32,000 nt of DNA, taken from Candidatus Thorarchaeota archaeon (GTDB lineage: Archaea; Asgardarchaeota; Thorarchaeia; Thorarchaeales; Thorarchaeaceae). The position numbers and the translations under genes were made by a program. Position 1 is the first letter of the stretch. Each line of letters begins with the position of its first letter. Under the pieces are notes generated by a model. It was not told the DNA's origin, made no database searches, and worked only from the letters and a program-made list of their open reading frames with translations. The stretch is from positions 1-32,000 of the forward strand of contig PRDJ01000057.1 of the NCBI GenBank assembly GCA_003345555.1, in the 5' to 3' direction. Of the stretch, positions 7,536 through 16,304 are shown in pieces.

Positions 7536-8270
7536 ATGTTTGGTATCAGCGGCGCAGGCTACGATATGAGCACAAGCATATTCAGCCCGGACGGCCGTAT
7601 ATTCGCCGCAGAATATGCAAAGAAAGCTGTCGAGCAAGGCGCGACATCCATCGGCATTCTTGTCAACGAGGGCGTGGTCCTTCTTGCAGAGAAGAAGATG
7701 ATGCCACTGCAGGAGTCTGAGAGTGTAGAGAAGATATCCAAAGTGGACGACCACATTGGAGTGGCAACGTCCGGCTTCATGGCTGATGCACGGCGGCTGC
7801 TTGAGGAAGCAAGAATCAAGGCGCAGTCGTATTGGATTACTTACGACGAACCTATCCCCGCCGAGGCATTGGCCGAACACATATGCGATATCAAGTCACA
7901 GTTCACTCTGGATGCGAGGGGTCGTCCCTTTGGCGTGGCAATGATTATTGCATCAGTTGATGCCGATAGCCAACCTCATCTCTTCGTCACAGACCCGGTA
8001 GGAACCTACTTTGGTTTTCTCGCCGCAGTAATCGGACGCGGAAGCACTCGGGCAGGAGAGTATCTTGAGAAACAGTACAAGCGCAAGTTGAAGCTGCCCC
8101 AGGCAACTACTCTGGCTATTGATGCTCTTCGACAGGCCAGCGATACAGAGCTGACCTCAGAGAACGTCGAGATAGCAAGAATAGCGGTCAGTGACGGCAG
8201 ATTTCGCAGGCTTTCGCGGTCAGAGATCGATAGTCTCTTGATGCCCGCGAAACCAGAGAAGAAACCGTAA
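7536..8270 (+). CDS. psmA: Proteasome subunit alpha (divergent)
   Basis: GYD...FSPDGR.F..EYA, VEKI..VDDHIG, RPFG. ATG 7536 follows GGAGG at 7523-7527. Canonical position before SBDS. Confidence 0.95.
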   Translation: MFGISGAGYDMSTSIFSPDGRIFAAEYAKKAVEQGATSIGILVNEGVVLLAEKKMMPLQESESVEKISKVDDHIGVATSGFMADARRLLEEARIKAQSYWITYDEPIPAEALAEHICDIKSQFTLDARGRPFGVAMIIASVDADSQPHLFVTDPVGTYFGFLAAVIGRGSTRAGEYLEKQYKRKLKLPQATTLAIDALRQASDTELTSENVEIARIAVSDGRFRRLSRSEIDSLLMPAKPEKKP

Positions 8271-8288
8271 GGAGCTGGCAGCAAGTTG

Positions 8289-9011
8289 ATGGGTTCGGGC
8301 ACTAAGGCGGGCGAGAAGTGGGTAAAGCTTGATTCCGTAATCATAGGCTGGCAGAAGGGCCATCTTCGGTTTGAGATACTCGTGGATCCGGAATTGGCTT
8401 TCAGGTACAGACGTGGTGAGGACGTGCCCCTTGAGGACATCCTGAAGTCCTATGATGTCTATGAGGATGCCAAGCGAGGTGGTCACGCTTCAATGGATCT
8501 CGTGAAAGACACCTTCGGGACGACCGAGATATTCGAAATCGCTCCCAACATAATCAAGCATGGACAATTCAAACTCACGGCGGAGCAACGAACGCAGCTC
8601 GTGAATGAGAAAACCGAAACGATCATTGCTAGCATCGCGAAACGCGCTATCAACCCACAGACAGGGCACCCGCATCCTCCAGACAGGATTCGCCAAGCAA
8701 TGCAGGAAGCCAAGGTCAGGGTTGACCCGTTCATTAAGGTTGATGAGCAAATCCCCAGCGTTGTCAAGGCACTACTTGTAATCATTCCGATTTCCTTTGA
8801 GAGTGTCAAAATCAGGATTACGATACCTGCGGCCTATACTGGAAAGGGGTACAGCATGGTGGCGAATGTTGGCGTGATCAAATCGGATGCCTGGGAGCGT
8901 GATGGCTCGTGGTCTGGACTTGTCGAGATACCCGCGTCGCAGAGACAGACGCTCTACGATGAACTGAACAAGCTGTCAAAGGGACAGATTCGGATTGAGG
9001 TGGAGAGGTAA
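8289..9011 (+). CDS. sdo1: Ribosome maturation factor SBDS/Sdo1
   Basis: RFEILVDP, VYEDAKRG, QFKLTAEQR, INPQTGHPHPPDRI; canonical position in the operon. Confidence 0.95.
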   Translation: MGSGTKAGEKWVKLDSVIIGWQKGHLRFEILVDPELAFRYRRGEDVPLEDILKSYDVYEDAKRGGHASMDLVKDTFGTTEIFEIAPNIIKHGQFKLTAEQRTQLVNEKTETIIASIAKRAINPQTGHPHPPDRIRQAMQEAKVRVDPFIKVDEQIPSVVKALLVIIPISFESVKIRITIPAAYTGKGYSMVANVGVIKSDAWERDGSWSGLVEIPASQRQTLYDELNKLSKGQIRIEVER

Positions 9012-9078
9012 ACCTCGGTCCTAACCATGCAATCAAGATCATCTACACACAAGTAAAGAATGAGGGAATGAGAACACA

Positions 9079-9831
9079 TTGGCAGGCATATTCTTTCAGA
9101 AAAGGGAGATAGTGGTCCCAGGACAGCTGTTGGCCGAAGGAAGATATCGTGCCACGACAGGGACTTACTCCGAAGCCGATGGTAAGATATACTCGGCATT
9201 GGTTGGTCTCGCAGAACTACGAGGAAATACGGTGAAAGTGGTTCCACTCGAGGGCGTCTACATTCCGAGAGAGGGTGACTTCGTCATCGGAACAATAACG
9301 CAAGTAGCCGGCAATAATTGGAAGGTTGACATTGGTGGTCCATATGAGGCGTCTCTCCATGCTAATAACGCGCTCCGGCGTCCGTATGATGAGGACATCT
9401 CGCACTACATGGACATAGGCGATGTCATATCTGCAGAGGTCATAACATTCGACAGGAACAGCGGACCGTTTCTCTCCATGAAGGGCAGGGGGTTCAGGAA
9501 GCTCACCGAAGGGATGATACTTGAAGTCAGTCCTGCAAAGATACCTCGGATTATCGGAAGAAGAGGTTCGATGATAAACATGATCAAGGACTTGCTGCAC
9601 ATCCAGACCGCAGTTGGACAGAACGGTCGGATCTGGATTCGGGCCCCAGACATTCCGACCCAACGTCTCGCCGTAAAGGCGTTCAAGATGATAGAAGAAC
9701 AGGCCCACACGTCAAAACTGACTGATAGAATCAACGTCATGCTCCAAGAAGAGACGGTCAAGCTGAAAGGGTCTCAAGGTGCGCGAGTCGCAAACGAGAC
9801 GATTGATAGTGAAAAGGAGGATTCGAACTAA
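9079..9831 (+). CDS. rrp4: Exosome cap subunit Rrp4 (S1 + KH)
   Basis: VVPGQLL, YIPREGDFVIG, IIGRRGSMI KH loop, VGQNGRIWI. Confidence 0.95.
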   Translation: MAGIFFQKREIVVPGQLLAEGRYRATTGTYSEADGKIYSALVGLAELRGNTVKVVPLEGVYIPREGDFVIGTITQVAGNNWKVDIGGPYEASLHANNALRRPYDEDISHYMDIGDVISAEVITFDRNSGPFLSMKGRGFRKLTEGMILEVSPAKIPRIIGRRGSMINMIKDLLHIQTAVGQNGRIWIRAPDIPTQRLAVKAFKMIEEQAHTSKLTDRINVMLQEETVKLKGSQGARVANETIDSEKEDSN

Positions 9832-9833
9832 GA

Positions 9834-10670
9834 ATGAGTCCAGAAACAAGACCAGACTTTCTTATCACACCTGAAGGTCTGAGGTTAGATGGTCGTAGAT
9901 TCGATGAACTGAGGCCGATTGAGCTTCAGTGTGGTGTGTTGAAAACCGCAGATGGGTCAGCTTCGATAAGACAAGGCAAGACCTACATCTTAGCGGCTGT
10001 CTACGGTCCGCGAGAGCTCCATCCTCGACATCTCACCCTGGGCGACAGGGCATTCCTAAGATGTGTGTACAGGATGGCGACGTTTTCGGTTCCCGATAGA
10101 AAGAAGGCTGCTCCCTCGCGTCGAGAGCGTGAGATCTCAATGGTTGTGGCAAATGCGTTGGAACCCGCCTTGTTCTTGGAAGAATTTCCTAAGACAGTCA
10201 TAGATGTCTTCATACAGGTAATCCAAGCAGACGGAGGCACTCGCTGTGCTTCAATCACTGCAGCTTCTCTCGCATTGGCAGACGCAGGCATCCCTATGCG
10301 TAGTTTGGTTCCGGCGGTAGCAGTTGGCAAAGCTGATGGCAAGCTGATTGTGGACCTAGGCGACGAAGAGGACAAGTACGGTCAGGGTGACGTGCCGATT
10401 GCGATTCTCCCACGTACGGAAGAGTTGACCCTTCTACAACAAGACGGCTACTTCACGCGCGAGGAGTTCTTGGAAGCGATGCAAATGGGCATAAACGCCT
10501 GCAAGTACATCCACGAGCTCCAGAAAGACGCCCTCAAGCGGGCATATGCGAAAAGGGCACCTGAGGGTTCCGATGAAGAAGAGGAAGAAGATGAGGGTGG
10601 ATCAGAATACGAGGACAACCTTGAGGCCGATATCGGCGAGTCTGACTATGATGAGGAGGATGAACGATAA
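9834..10670 (+). CDS. rrp41: Exosome catalytic subunit Rrp41 (RNase PH fold) with acidic C-terminal tail
   Basis: RLDGRRFDELRPI, ADGSA, VYGPRE, QADGGTRCASITAA phosphate-binding motif, GDVP. Confidence 0.96.
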   Translation: MSPETRPDFLITPEGLRLDGRRFDELRPIELQCGVLKTADGSASIRQGKTYILAAVYGPRELHPRHLTLGDRAFLRCVYRMATFSVPDRKKAAPSRREREISMVVANALEPALFLEEFPKTVIDVFIQVIQADGGTRCASITAASLALADAGIPMRSLVPAVAVGKADGKLIVDLGDEEDKYGQGDVPIAILPRTEELTLLQQDGYFTREEFLEAMQMGINACKYIHELQKDALKRAYAKRAPEGSDEEEEEDEGGSEYEDNLEADIGESDYDEEDER

Positions 10671-11504
10671 ATGGGAGACTTCAGTGCCGAGGTAATCAGC
10701 CATATTGACCGCAACTACATCATGGAGCTTCTCAAGAAGGGAGAGAGGATCGACGGAAGAGCCTTTGACCAGTACAGGCCCATTGATATCCAAGTTGATG
10801 TGGTTCCAGCAAAGGCTGATGGTTCAGCTATCGTAAAGCTTGGTGATACAAGCGTCATTGCTGGCGTTAAGGTATTGGTCGGCGAGCCATTCCCGGACAC
10901 TCCAGATGAGGGTGTCACAATGATTTCTGCAGAGATGGCGCCCATCGCATCACCTCTTTTCGAGGTCGGGCCTCCGAAGGAGGACGCAATAGAGCTGGCC
11001 AGAGTGGTCGACAGGGGTGTCCGAGAGTCTGAGACAGTGGATGCCAAGGCTTTGTGCATCGAGTCCGGCAAGAAGGTCTACATGGTCTTTGTAGACATCT
11101 ATCCACTTGAGCATGATGGCAACCTAATCGATGCTTCATCTATCGCCTCTAATGTAGCAGTGATGACTACGCGATTCCCTGAGATGAAGGTCGAAGACAA
11201 GGAAGTTGTACCGACAGGGAAGCTGATTCCGATTCCAATCAAGAATCTGGCCGTGGAATGCACTATCGTCAAAATCGGCCAGAATCTTATAGTCGACCCG
11301 GTGCTCAAGGAAGAGTTCGTTCAGGACTGCAGACTCACAATATCCGTCGACCAGAATGATAACCTAACAGCCATGCAGAAGGGCGGAGGCTCTGGTCCAA
11401 TCTCTGTGAAGGAAATCGAGGCGGCTATTGACATTGCGCTCGAACGATCGAAGGACATCAGGAAGATTACAGAGGACGCAGTGAAGTCAAAGAAGCCACG
11501 TTAG
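10671..11504 (+). CDS. rrp42: Exosome subunit Rrp42
   Basis: GERIDGRAFDQYR, KADGSA.VKLGDT, PFPDTPDEG, IELARVVDRGVRES, DGNLIDA, MQKGG. Confidence 0.96.
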   Translation: MGDFSAEVISHIDRNYIMELLKKGERIDGRAFDQYRPIDIQVDVVPAKADGSAIVKLGDTSVIAGVKVLVGEPFPDTPDEGVTMISAEMAPIASPLFEVGPPKEDAIELARVVDRGVRESETVDAKALCIESGKKVYMVFVDIYPLEHDGNLIDASSIASNVAVMTTRFPEMKVEDKEVVPTGKLIPIPIKNLAVECTIVKIGQNLIVDPVLKEEFVQDCRLTISVDQNDNLTAMQKGGGSGPISVKEIEAAIDIALERSKDIRKITEDAVKSKKPR

Positions 11505-11508
11505 ATGC

Positions 11509-11543
11509 TGTACGGGTGCTGCGATGGATGCAGCACTCGTGTA
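11509..11543 (+). terminator. Strong hairpin after the rrp42 stop (terminator or 3' stability element)
   Basis: ACGGGTGCTGC (11512-11522) pairs with GCAGCACTCGT (11530-11540) with one G.U; 7-nt loop; extendable by 3 pairs; followed by AATGCTTT. Confidence 0.5.
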
Positions 11544-11584
11544 ATGCTTTGATAGATAGATATGCTAATAAGAGGAACCAACCC

Positions 11585-11637
11585 GCGAGACCCAAACCCG
11601 GCTACCCCTTTGGGGAATCGATTCTGGGTATGCTCGC
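11585..11637 (+). promoter_or_regulatory. Candidate structured 5' leader of rpl37ae
   Basis: Nested stems GCGAG/CTCGC, ACCCA/TGGGT and CCCC-TTT-GGGG, ending just before the RBS AGGAG. Confidence 0.35.
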
Positions 11638-11659
11638 ATGTATCTAGGAGAGCAGTAAG

Positions 11660-11962
11660 TTGCCACGTACCAAGAAAGTGCACAGCACAGGCAGATTCGG
11701 AGCTAGATACGGTGCCAAACTTCGTCGCAGAGTTCTCGACATCGATAACAAGCGACATGAGCCGCATCGTTGTCCGTCATGCGCGACAAGAGCCCTGAAA
11801 CGAGAGGCAGCTGGCCTGTGGCGATGCAGCAAGTGCGGTCTCCTTTTTGCCGGTGGCGCCTATGTCCCATATACTGAGGCAGGTAAGGCGGCTCTCCGTG
11901 CAGTGTCCCAGAGAGTTTCCGGAGACTTCCTCGCTCTCCAAAGCGAGGAGAAGACTGAGTAA
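11660..11962 (+). CDS. rpl37ae: 50S ribosomal protein L37Ae (eL43)
   Basis: RTKKV.STGRFGARYG..LRRR, zinc ribbon CPSC...LWRCSKC, FAGGAY. Confidence 0.97.
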   Translation: MPRTKKVHSTGRFGARYGAKLRRRVLDIDNKRHEPHRCPSCATRALKREAAGLWRCSKCGLLFAGGAYVPYTEAGKAALRAVSQRVSGDFLALQSEEKTE

Positions 11963-12000
11963 TCGTTCCATGAAGCCCGGCTAGTCCAGGGGGACCTCGT

Positions 12001-12573
12001 GTGCCCTCAGTACTCATTACCACCTCACGAAGGACTTCAAATCGTGTGCGTTCATTCACGCACGATCTCATGTCTGTCCTTCCGAACAGTGAGAGGTTCA
12101 ATCGCGGCGGAATGAGCTCTGGGGAGCTCGTCGCGAGGATCAACCAGTCCGGAGCCAAAGCTGTTCTCATGGTCACGATTTTGAAAGGAAATCCTCACGA
12201 ACTGAGAATAATCTCGGGAGAAGGGACCATCCAACTGTCAGCTTTGCTGGAAAGTGTACAGCTGCGACGCGAGATACAGCCATCACAAGGTCCTCGCATT
12301 AATGGACTTCTTGAAATCGTCATCGGAAGTTCACCCAGTGTCCAAACCAAGCAGGTGGCAGAGATGATGTCGTCCCTGTTGGAGGTGCCATTGAAGGTGT
12401 CCGAAAACGTGGTTCCAGTGGGAGAGCAGGGCGTCAACCGGGCCATCATGAGATTTGTAGACCTTCCTCAGGGCAGACTTATTTGGACTCATCATCATGC
12501 ATACGATGGAGTGGAAATCGGACCTAGAATCCGAGTCCTTTCTGTCAGGAGGCTCGTCTCCAATGAGTCTTAG
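12001..12573 (+). CDS. Brix/Imp4-domain ribosome biogenesis protein
   Basis: LITTSRRTSNRVRSFTHDL, FNRGGMS, KGNP, EIGPRIRV; canonical operon position. Confidence 0.88.
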   Translation: MPSVLITTSRRTSNRVRSFTHDLMSVLPNSERFNRGGMSSGELVARINQSGAKAVLMVTILKGNPHELRIISGEGTIQLSALLESVQLRREIQPSQGPRINGLLEIVIGSSPSVQTKQVAEMMSSLLEVPLKVSENVVPVGEQGVNRAIMRFVDLPQGRLIWTHHHAYDGVEIGPRIRVLSVRRLVSNES

Positions 12574-12832
12574 GATGCTCGGTGGTCACGCAGTTCTCGA
12601 AATTGATTTGGAATCGGCTCAGATGGCGGAGACCATTAGATGTGCTCTAGAGCCTGAGACTGACTCAGTCCCTTCCGAGCGTTCGACAACGCAAGTGAGT
12701 GCTGAAGGTACGAAACTAATCATCAAGATCACTGCAGAGGACCTGACTGCTCTGCGGGCCGCAATGAACTCATACTTGGCTTGGGTCTCCGGTTCCAAGA
12801 GAGCTCTTGAATCCGTTGAGCAGGAGTCATGA
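12563..12832 (+). CDS. pcc1: KEOPS complex subunit Pcc1
   Basis: ALEPE, ITAEDLTALRAAMNSYLAWV. ATG 12563 overlaps the Brix stop. Confidence 0.92.
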   Translation: MSLRMLGGHAVLEIDLESAQMAETIRCALEPETDSVPSERSTTQVSAEGTKLIIKITAEDLTALRAAMNSYLAWVSGSKRALESVEQES

Positions 12833-12938
12833 TGGTCTTCACTGAGTGTGGCGTGTAGCTCACAGGGGAAAACGCTTAAGTTCCGAGCCCAGCCTCGCAT
12901 CCGAGATAGACTAGTGTCTTTTCTGGAGTGGTGATACT

Positions 12939-13301
12939 ATGGCACAGAGGCTGCCCCCGGCTCTTGAACAGAAATATGAGCGATATCGGAAGATGGTAGA
13001 AGAACACGAGAACTGGCTGGCAACTGCAAGGTTGTGGGAGGCTCAGATAGGCGAACTGAAGAGGACCCTAGAGGAGTTGAGCAAGCAACCGGAAGATGTC
13101 ATTACATACAAGGCTGTAGGACAGGTAATGTTCAAGGTTGAGAAACCTAAGATTGTCGAAGAAATGGAGAATGAGAAGCAGGATAAGGAAAGAAGTCTCA
13201 CCGTCTTGTCGAAGAAACTCGAAACCCAAGCTACGAAGATTAAGGAACTCCATGATGAGCTACAAGTGGAATTGGGCAAACAGAATCTAAGGCTTCAGTG
13301 A
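12939..13301 (+). CDS. pfdB: Prefoldin subunit beta
   Basis: Coiled coil, beta hairpin (ELKRTLEEL....D..TYKAVGQVMFK), coiled coil; 120 aa; position after pcc1. Confidence 0.92.
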   Translation: MAQRLPPALEQKYERYRKMVEEHENWLATARLWEAQIGELKRTLEELSKQPEDVITYKAVGQVMFKVEKPKIVEEMENEKQDKERSLTVLSKKLETQATKIKELHDELQVELGKQNLRLQ

Positions 13302-13615
13302 GAGAGATGAATCCGACTGTCTCCATCGGACTGCCGAGTCTTACAGACTCGGATGTCGAGAAACTAGCAGAGGAATGCGAGTCCGAGATCAGCAGATTCC
13401 TGCTCGGAAAAGTACCGAGGAAGAGCATCTCCGATATGTCTGTCGTCTGCACGATGGAGCTATCTTCAGATGGAAGCCAGCTTGACATGGACATTCAAAT
13501 AGACATCTCGCAGAGTTACGACACTGGGCACTCGCTCGATCGTCTTGTCGATGAGGCGACCAAACAGGCTTCTGCCTGGCTCGAAAAGCGTCTGATGGAG
13601 ATGAAGGGAGCTTGA
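13298..13615 (+). CDS. DUF3194-like archaeal protein
   Basis: About 102-105 aa acidic protein in the usual slot between pfdB and the DHH gene; GTGA overlap with pfdB. Confidence 0.7.
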   Translation: MREMNPTVSIGLPSLTDSDVEKLAEECESEISRFLLGKVPRKSISDMSVVCTMELSSDGSQLDMDIQIDISQSYDTGHSLDRLVDEATKQASAWLEKRLMEMKGA

Positions 13616-14619
13616 GCATAAGAGCCCTTCTTGAGAAATCGTCGAGCATGCTAGTTCTTGGTCATCAAAATGCAGACCCTGATGCGGTCTGTTCCATGGC
13701 CGCAGTCGCGGAGCTATACAGGCTGGTCAACGAAAGGGGGAGCATCAGTCTAGTATGTGATGATGTCAGTCGTCTCGCTGCACAGGTTCTGGAAACCTTC
13801 TTGCCCGGAACAATGATCTCGAGAACCATAGATGGCAATCATGAACTCGTCGTCATTGTTGATACAAACAATAGATTCCAGCTTGGCGAAGCCCTGCAGT
13901 CATTCAGGAGCGACCCGTCTAGGACCATCCTCATCGACCATCATGAACCTAGCCCCGAGGCCAATGAGATAGCAGGGCATCTCATAGTCAAGAGCAACAA
14001 ATCATCAACCTGTGAGATAGTAATCGATGTGTTCGATGATTTTGGGCTGTCCTTCAGTAAGACCACGGCAAGTCTTTTGCTTGCAGGAATTCTGTTCGAC
14101 ACGAGACGGTTCTTCTACACCACGACCGATACTCTGTCCACTGCAATCAGACTTGTTAAAGCCGGAGCAGACTACCAAGCATGCGTCGACGCTCTTGTTA
14201 CGAAACCCGACCGTTCTGAGAGGATTGCGAGACTGAAAGCTGCTGCAAGGTCGGAGATGTACCTACTAGACGGCTGGCTTGTCGTCACTTCGCGGGTTAG
14301 CGCCTTCGAAGCAAGTGCCTGTCGTGCTCTCATTGATTTGGGAGCAGACGTGGCAATCGTGGGCGGAACTCCTTCGAAGGATGTGGTCAGAATAAGTTCT
14401 CGCAGCACGAATGAATTCTACCAGCGGACGCACGTCAACCTAGGGACCGACGTGATGGAGCGTTTGGGCGAGCTGATTGGCGGCGTGGGCGGCGGGCATC
14501 CGAATGCAGCAGGGGCAAATGGCAAGAAGAGCTGCGATAGAGCCCTCACAAGGTCAGTAGAGCTCGTTAGGGAGGCAATAGGCAAAGGCAAGGCTCCCGT
14601 CAAGGAACTGGAGCCCTGA
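13612..14619 (+). CDS. DHH/DHHA1 phosphoesterase (NrnA-like)
   Basis: GHQNADPDA, IVDT, IDHH, GILFDT, SSRS, GGGHPNAAG motifs all intact. Confidence 0.92.
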   Translation: MSIRALLEKSSSMLVLGHQNADPDAVCSMAAVAELYRLVNERGSISLVCDDVSRLAAQVLETFLPGTMISRTIDGNHELVVIVDTNNRFQLGEALQSFRSDPSRTILIDHHEPSPEANEIAGHLIVKSNKSSTCEIVIDVFDDFGLSFSKTTASLLLAGILFDTRRFFYTTTDTLSTAIRLVKAGADYQACVDALVTKPDRSERIARLKAAARSEMYLLDGWLVVTSRVSAFEASACRALIDLGADVAIVGGTPSKDVVRISSRSTNEFYQRTHVNLGTDVMERLGELIGGVGGGHPNAAGANGKKSCDRALTRSVELVREAIGKGKAPVKELEP

Positions 14620-14628
14620 GGAGTCCGG

Positions 14629-15471
14629 ATGTCAATGGCTCTAGTAGAGTTTGTCGACTTCAGCTTCAAGTACCTCGGGGCAGACTCTTTGGCTCTGAAG
14701 CGCATCAGCCTAAGGATTAACCCGGGCGAATATGTAGTTGTCACTGGTCCGTCAGGCTGCGGAAAGACAACGCTTTGCAGAGCGATAAATGGATTAGTTC
14801 CGCACTTCCATCGTGGTTACATCGGAGGGCACGTATTTGTCGATTCGAAAGACACAAGGGAGAATGAGGTCTCACAGCTTGCAAATGTGGTAGGCCTGGT
14901 CTTTCAAGATCCGGTCAATCAGCTTGTCACCTTGAACGTAGAGAGAGAACTCGCTTTTGGGCCCGAAAACCTGGGAGTCGAAGCAGACGAAATCAGGCAG
15001 AGGGTCGAAGAACTGATTGCCCGTCTAGACCTTGAGGGTCTTCGTCGTAAGCACCCTCATGAAATGTCTGGGGGCGAGCAGCAGAGGGTGGCGTTGGCGG
15101 CAGTTCTAGCGCTGAATCCCAAAGTCCTCGTTGCTGATGAGCCTACGTCGAATCTGGACCCCAAGAGCGCCGAACTCATTTTGGGCTTGGTCGCTGAACT
15201 GAATAGACAGGGAATGACCATCGTCCTTGTTGAGCATCGGTTGGATCTTGTGTCAAAGGATGCGACAAGAATGATTCTGATGGATAAGGGATCGATTGTC
15301 GCTGATGGTCCTCCTCGGGATATTCTAATCATGAATCTCTGTCAGGAGATCGGTGTCGGCATTCCCAAGGCTACTCAGGTGTACAAGCGGCTAGCGTCTC
15401 GGGGCGTGCAACTGCCTTGGGTTCCTCTTACAGGTGAAGAGCTTGCAGCTGCAGTGGCGGAGGCTCGATAG
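14629..15471 (+). CDS. ecfA1: ECF transporter ATPase (EcfA/CbiO)
   Basis: GPSGCGKTT, VFQDP..Q, FGPENLG, MSGGEQQR, DEPTSNLD, EH. Confidence 0.93.
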   Translation: MSMALVEFVDFSFKYLGADSLALKRISLRINPGEYVVVTGPSGCGKTTLCRAINGLVPHFHRGYIGGHVFVDSKDTRENEVSQLANVVGLVFQDPVNQLVTLNVERELAFGPENLGVEADEIRQRVEELIARLDLEGLRRKHPHEMSGGEQQRVALAAVLALNPKVLVADEPTSNLDPKSAELILGLVAELNRQGMTIVLVEHRLDLVSKDATRMILMDKGSIVADGPPRDILIMNLCQEIGVGIPKATQVYKRLASRGVQLPWVPLTGEELAAAVAEAR

Positions 15472-15473
15472 CC

Positions 15474-16304
15474 ATGATAATGCTTGACGACGTTCACTTC
15501 AGCTACGAAGGAATCTATACTGCACTCAGAGGGGTCTCCTTACAGATTGATGATGGGGAAAGGGTCGCAATCATGGGCGCAAATGGCGCGGGAAAGACCA
15601 CATTGATGAAGCATCTAAACGGCTTGCTTCGACCGCAGAAGGGCAAAGTGTTTCTAGATGGCCGAGACACGAGCAGGCTTTCTGTGGCACAGATGGCGAG
15701 AGTCGTAGGGCTTGTCTTTCAGTCGCCTGACTATCAGCTCTTTCTGGATTCCGTTCACACAGAGATAGCATTCGGTCTTAGAAACCTCGGGTTCACCGAC
15801 GAAGAGGTTGAAGAGCGTTGTTCAAAGACCATGGAAGGTCTTGGGCTCAGTGGTCTCTCCGAACGCTCTCCGTTTGATCTGTCTGGTGGTGAAAGGAAAC
15901 GCGTGGCGTTGGCGTCAGTGCTGGCAGTCGAGCCACGTGTCTTGGCTCTCGATGAACCAACTATAGGACAAGATGCAGGACAGAAGGAACGACTGGCTGA
16001 GCTTCTCATGGATCTCAACAAGGCAGGGCGCACTGTGATTGTAGTCACGCATGACATAGAGTTTATTGTCGAGAACTTCCCACGGACCATTGCGATGGCA
16101 GACGGCAAGATAATTGCCGATGGCCCGACGAGTTCGGTGCTTAGCAATGAAAGAGCAATCGATCTATGCTCTCTCACTTATCCACAGATGACACAGGCCG
16201 CAAGAGCATTGAAACGTGCTTTTCCTGACATATCCGAACGTCTTACTTCATTGTCAGAGGTTGAGGACACAATCGTAAGTATACTAGGAGGTAGGCGAAA
16301 GTGA
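15474..16304 (+). CDS. ecfA2: ECF transporter ATPase (EcfA')
   Basis: GANGAGKTT, VFQSPDYQLF, LSGGERKR, DEPTIGQD, VTHD. Confidence 0.93.
   Translation: MIMLDDVHFSYEGIYTALRGVSLQIDDGERVAIMGANGAGKTTLMKHLNGLLRPQKGKVFLDGRDTSRLSVAQMARVVGLVFQSPDYQLFLDSVHTEIAFGLRNLGFTDEEVEERCSKTMEGLGLSGLSERSPFDLSGGERKRVALASVLAVEPRVLALDEPTIGQDAGQKERLAELLMDLNKAGRTVIVVTHDIEFIVENFPRTIAMADGKIIADGPTSSVLSNERAIDLCSLTYPQMTQAARALKRAFPDISERLTSLSEVEDTIVSILGGRRK

Noticed and set aside
12849-12920. tRNA-like TAGCTCA and GTTC motifs between pcc1 and pfdB
   Set aside because: No D-stem 3' strand, GTTC is too early for a T loop, and there is no acceptor-stem complement; more likely the pfdB promoter.
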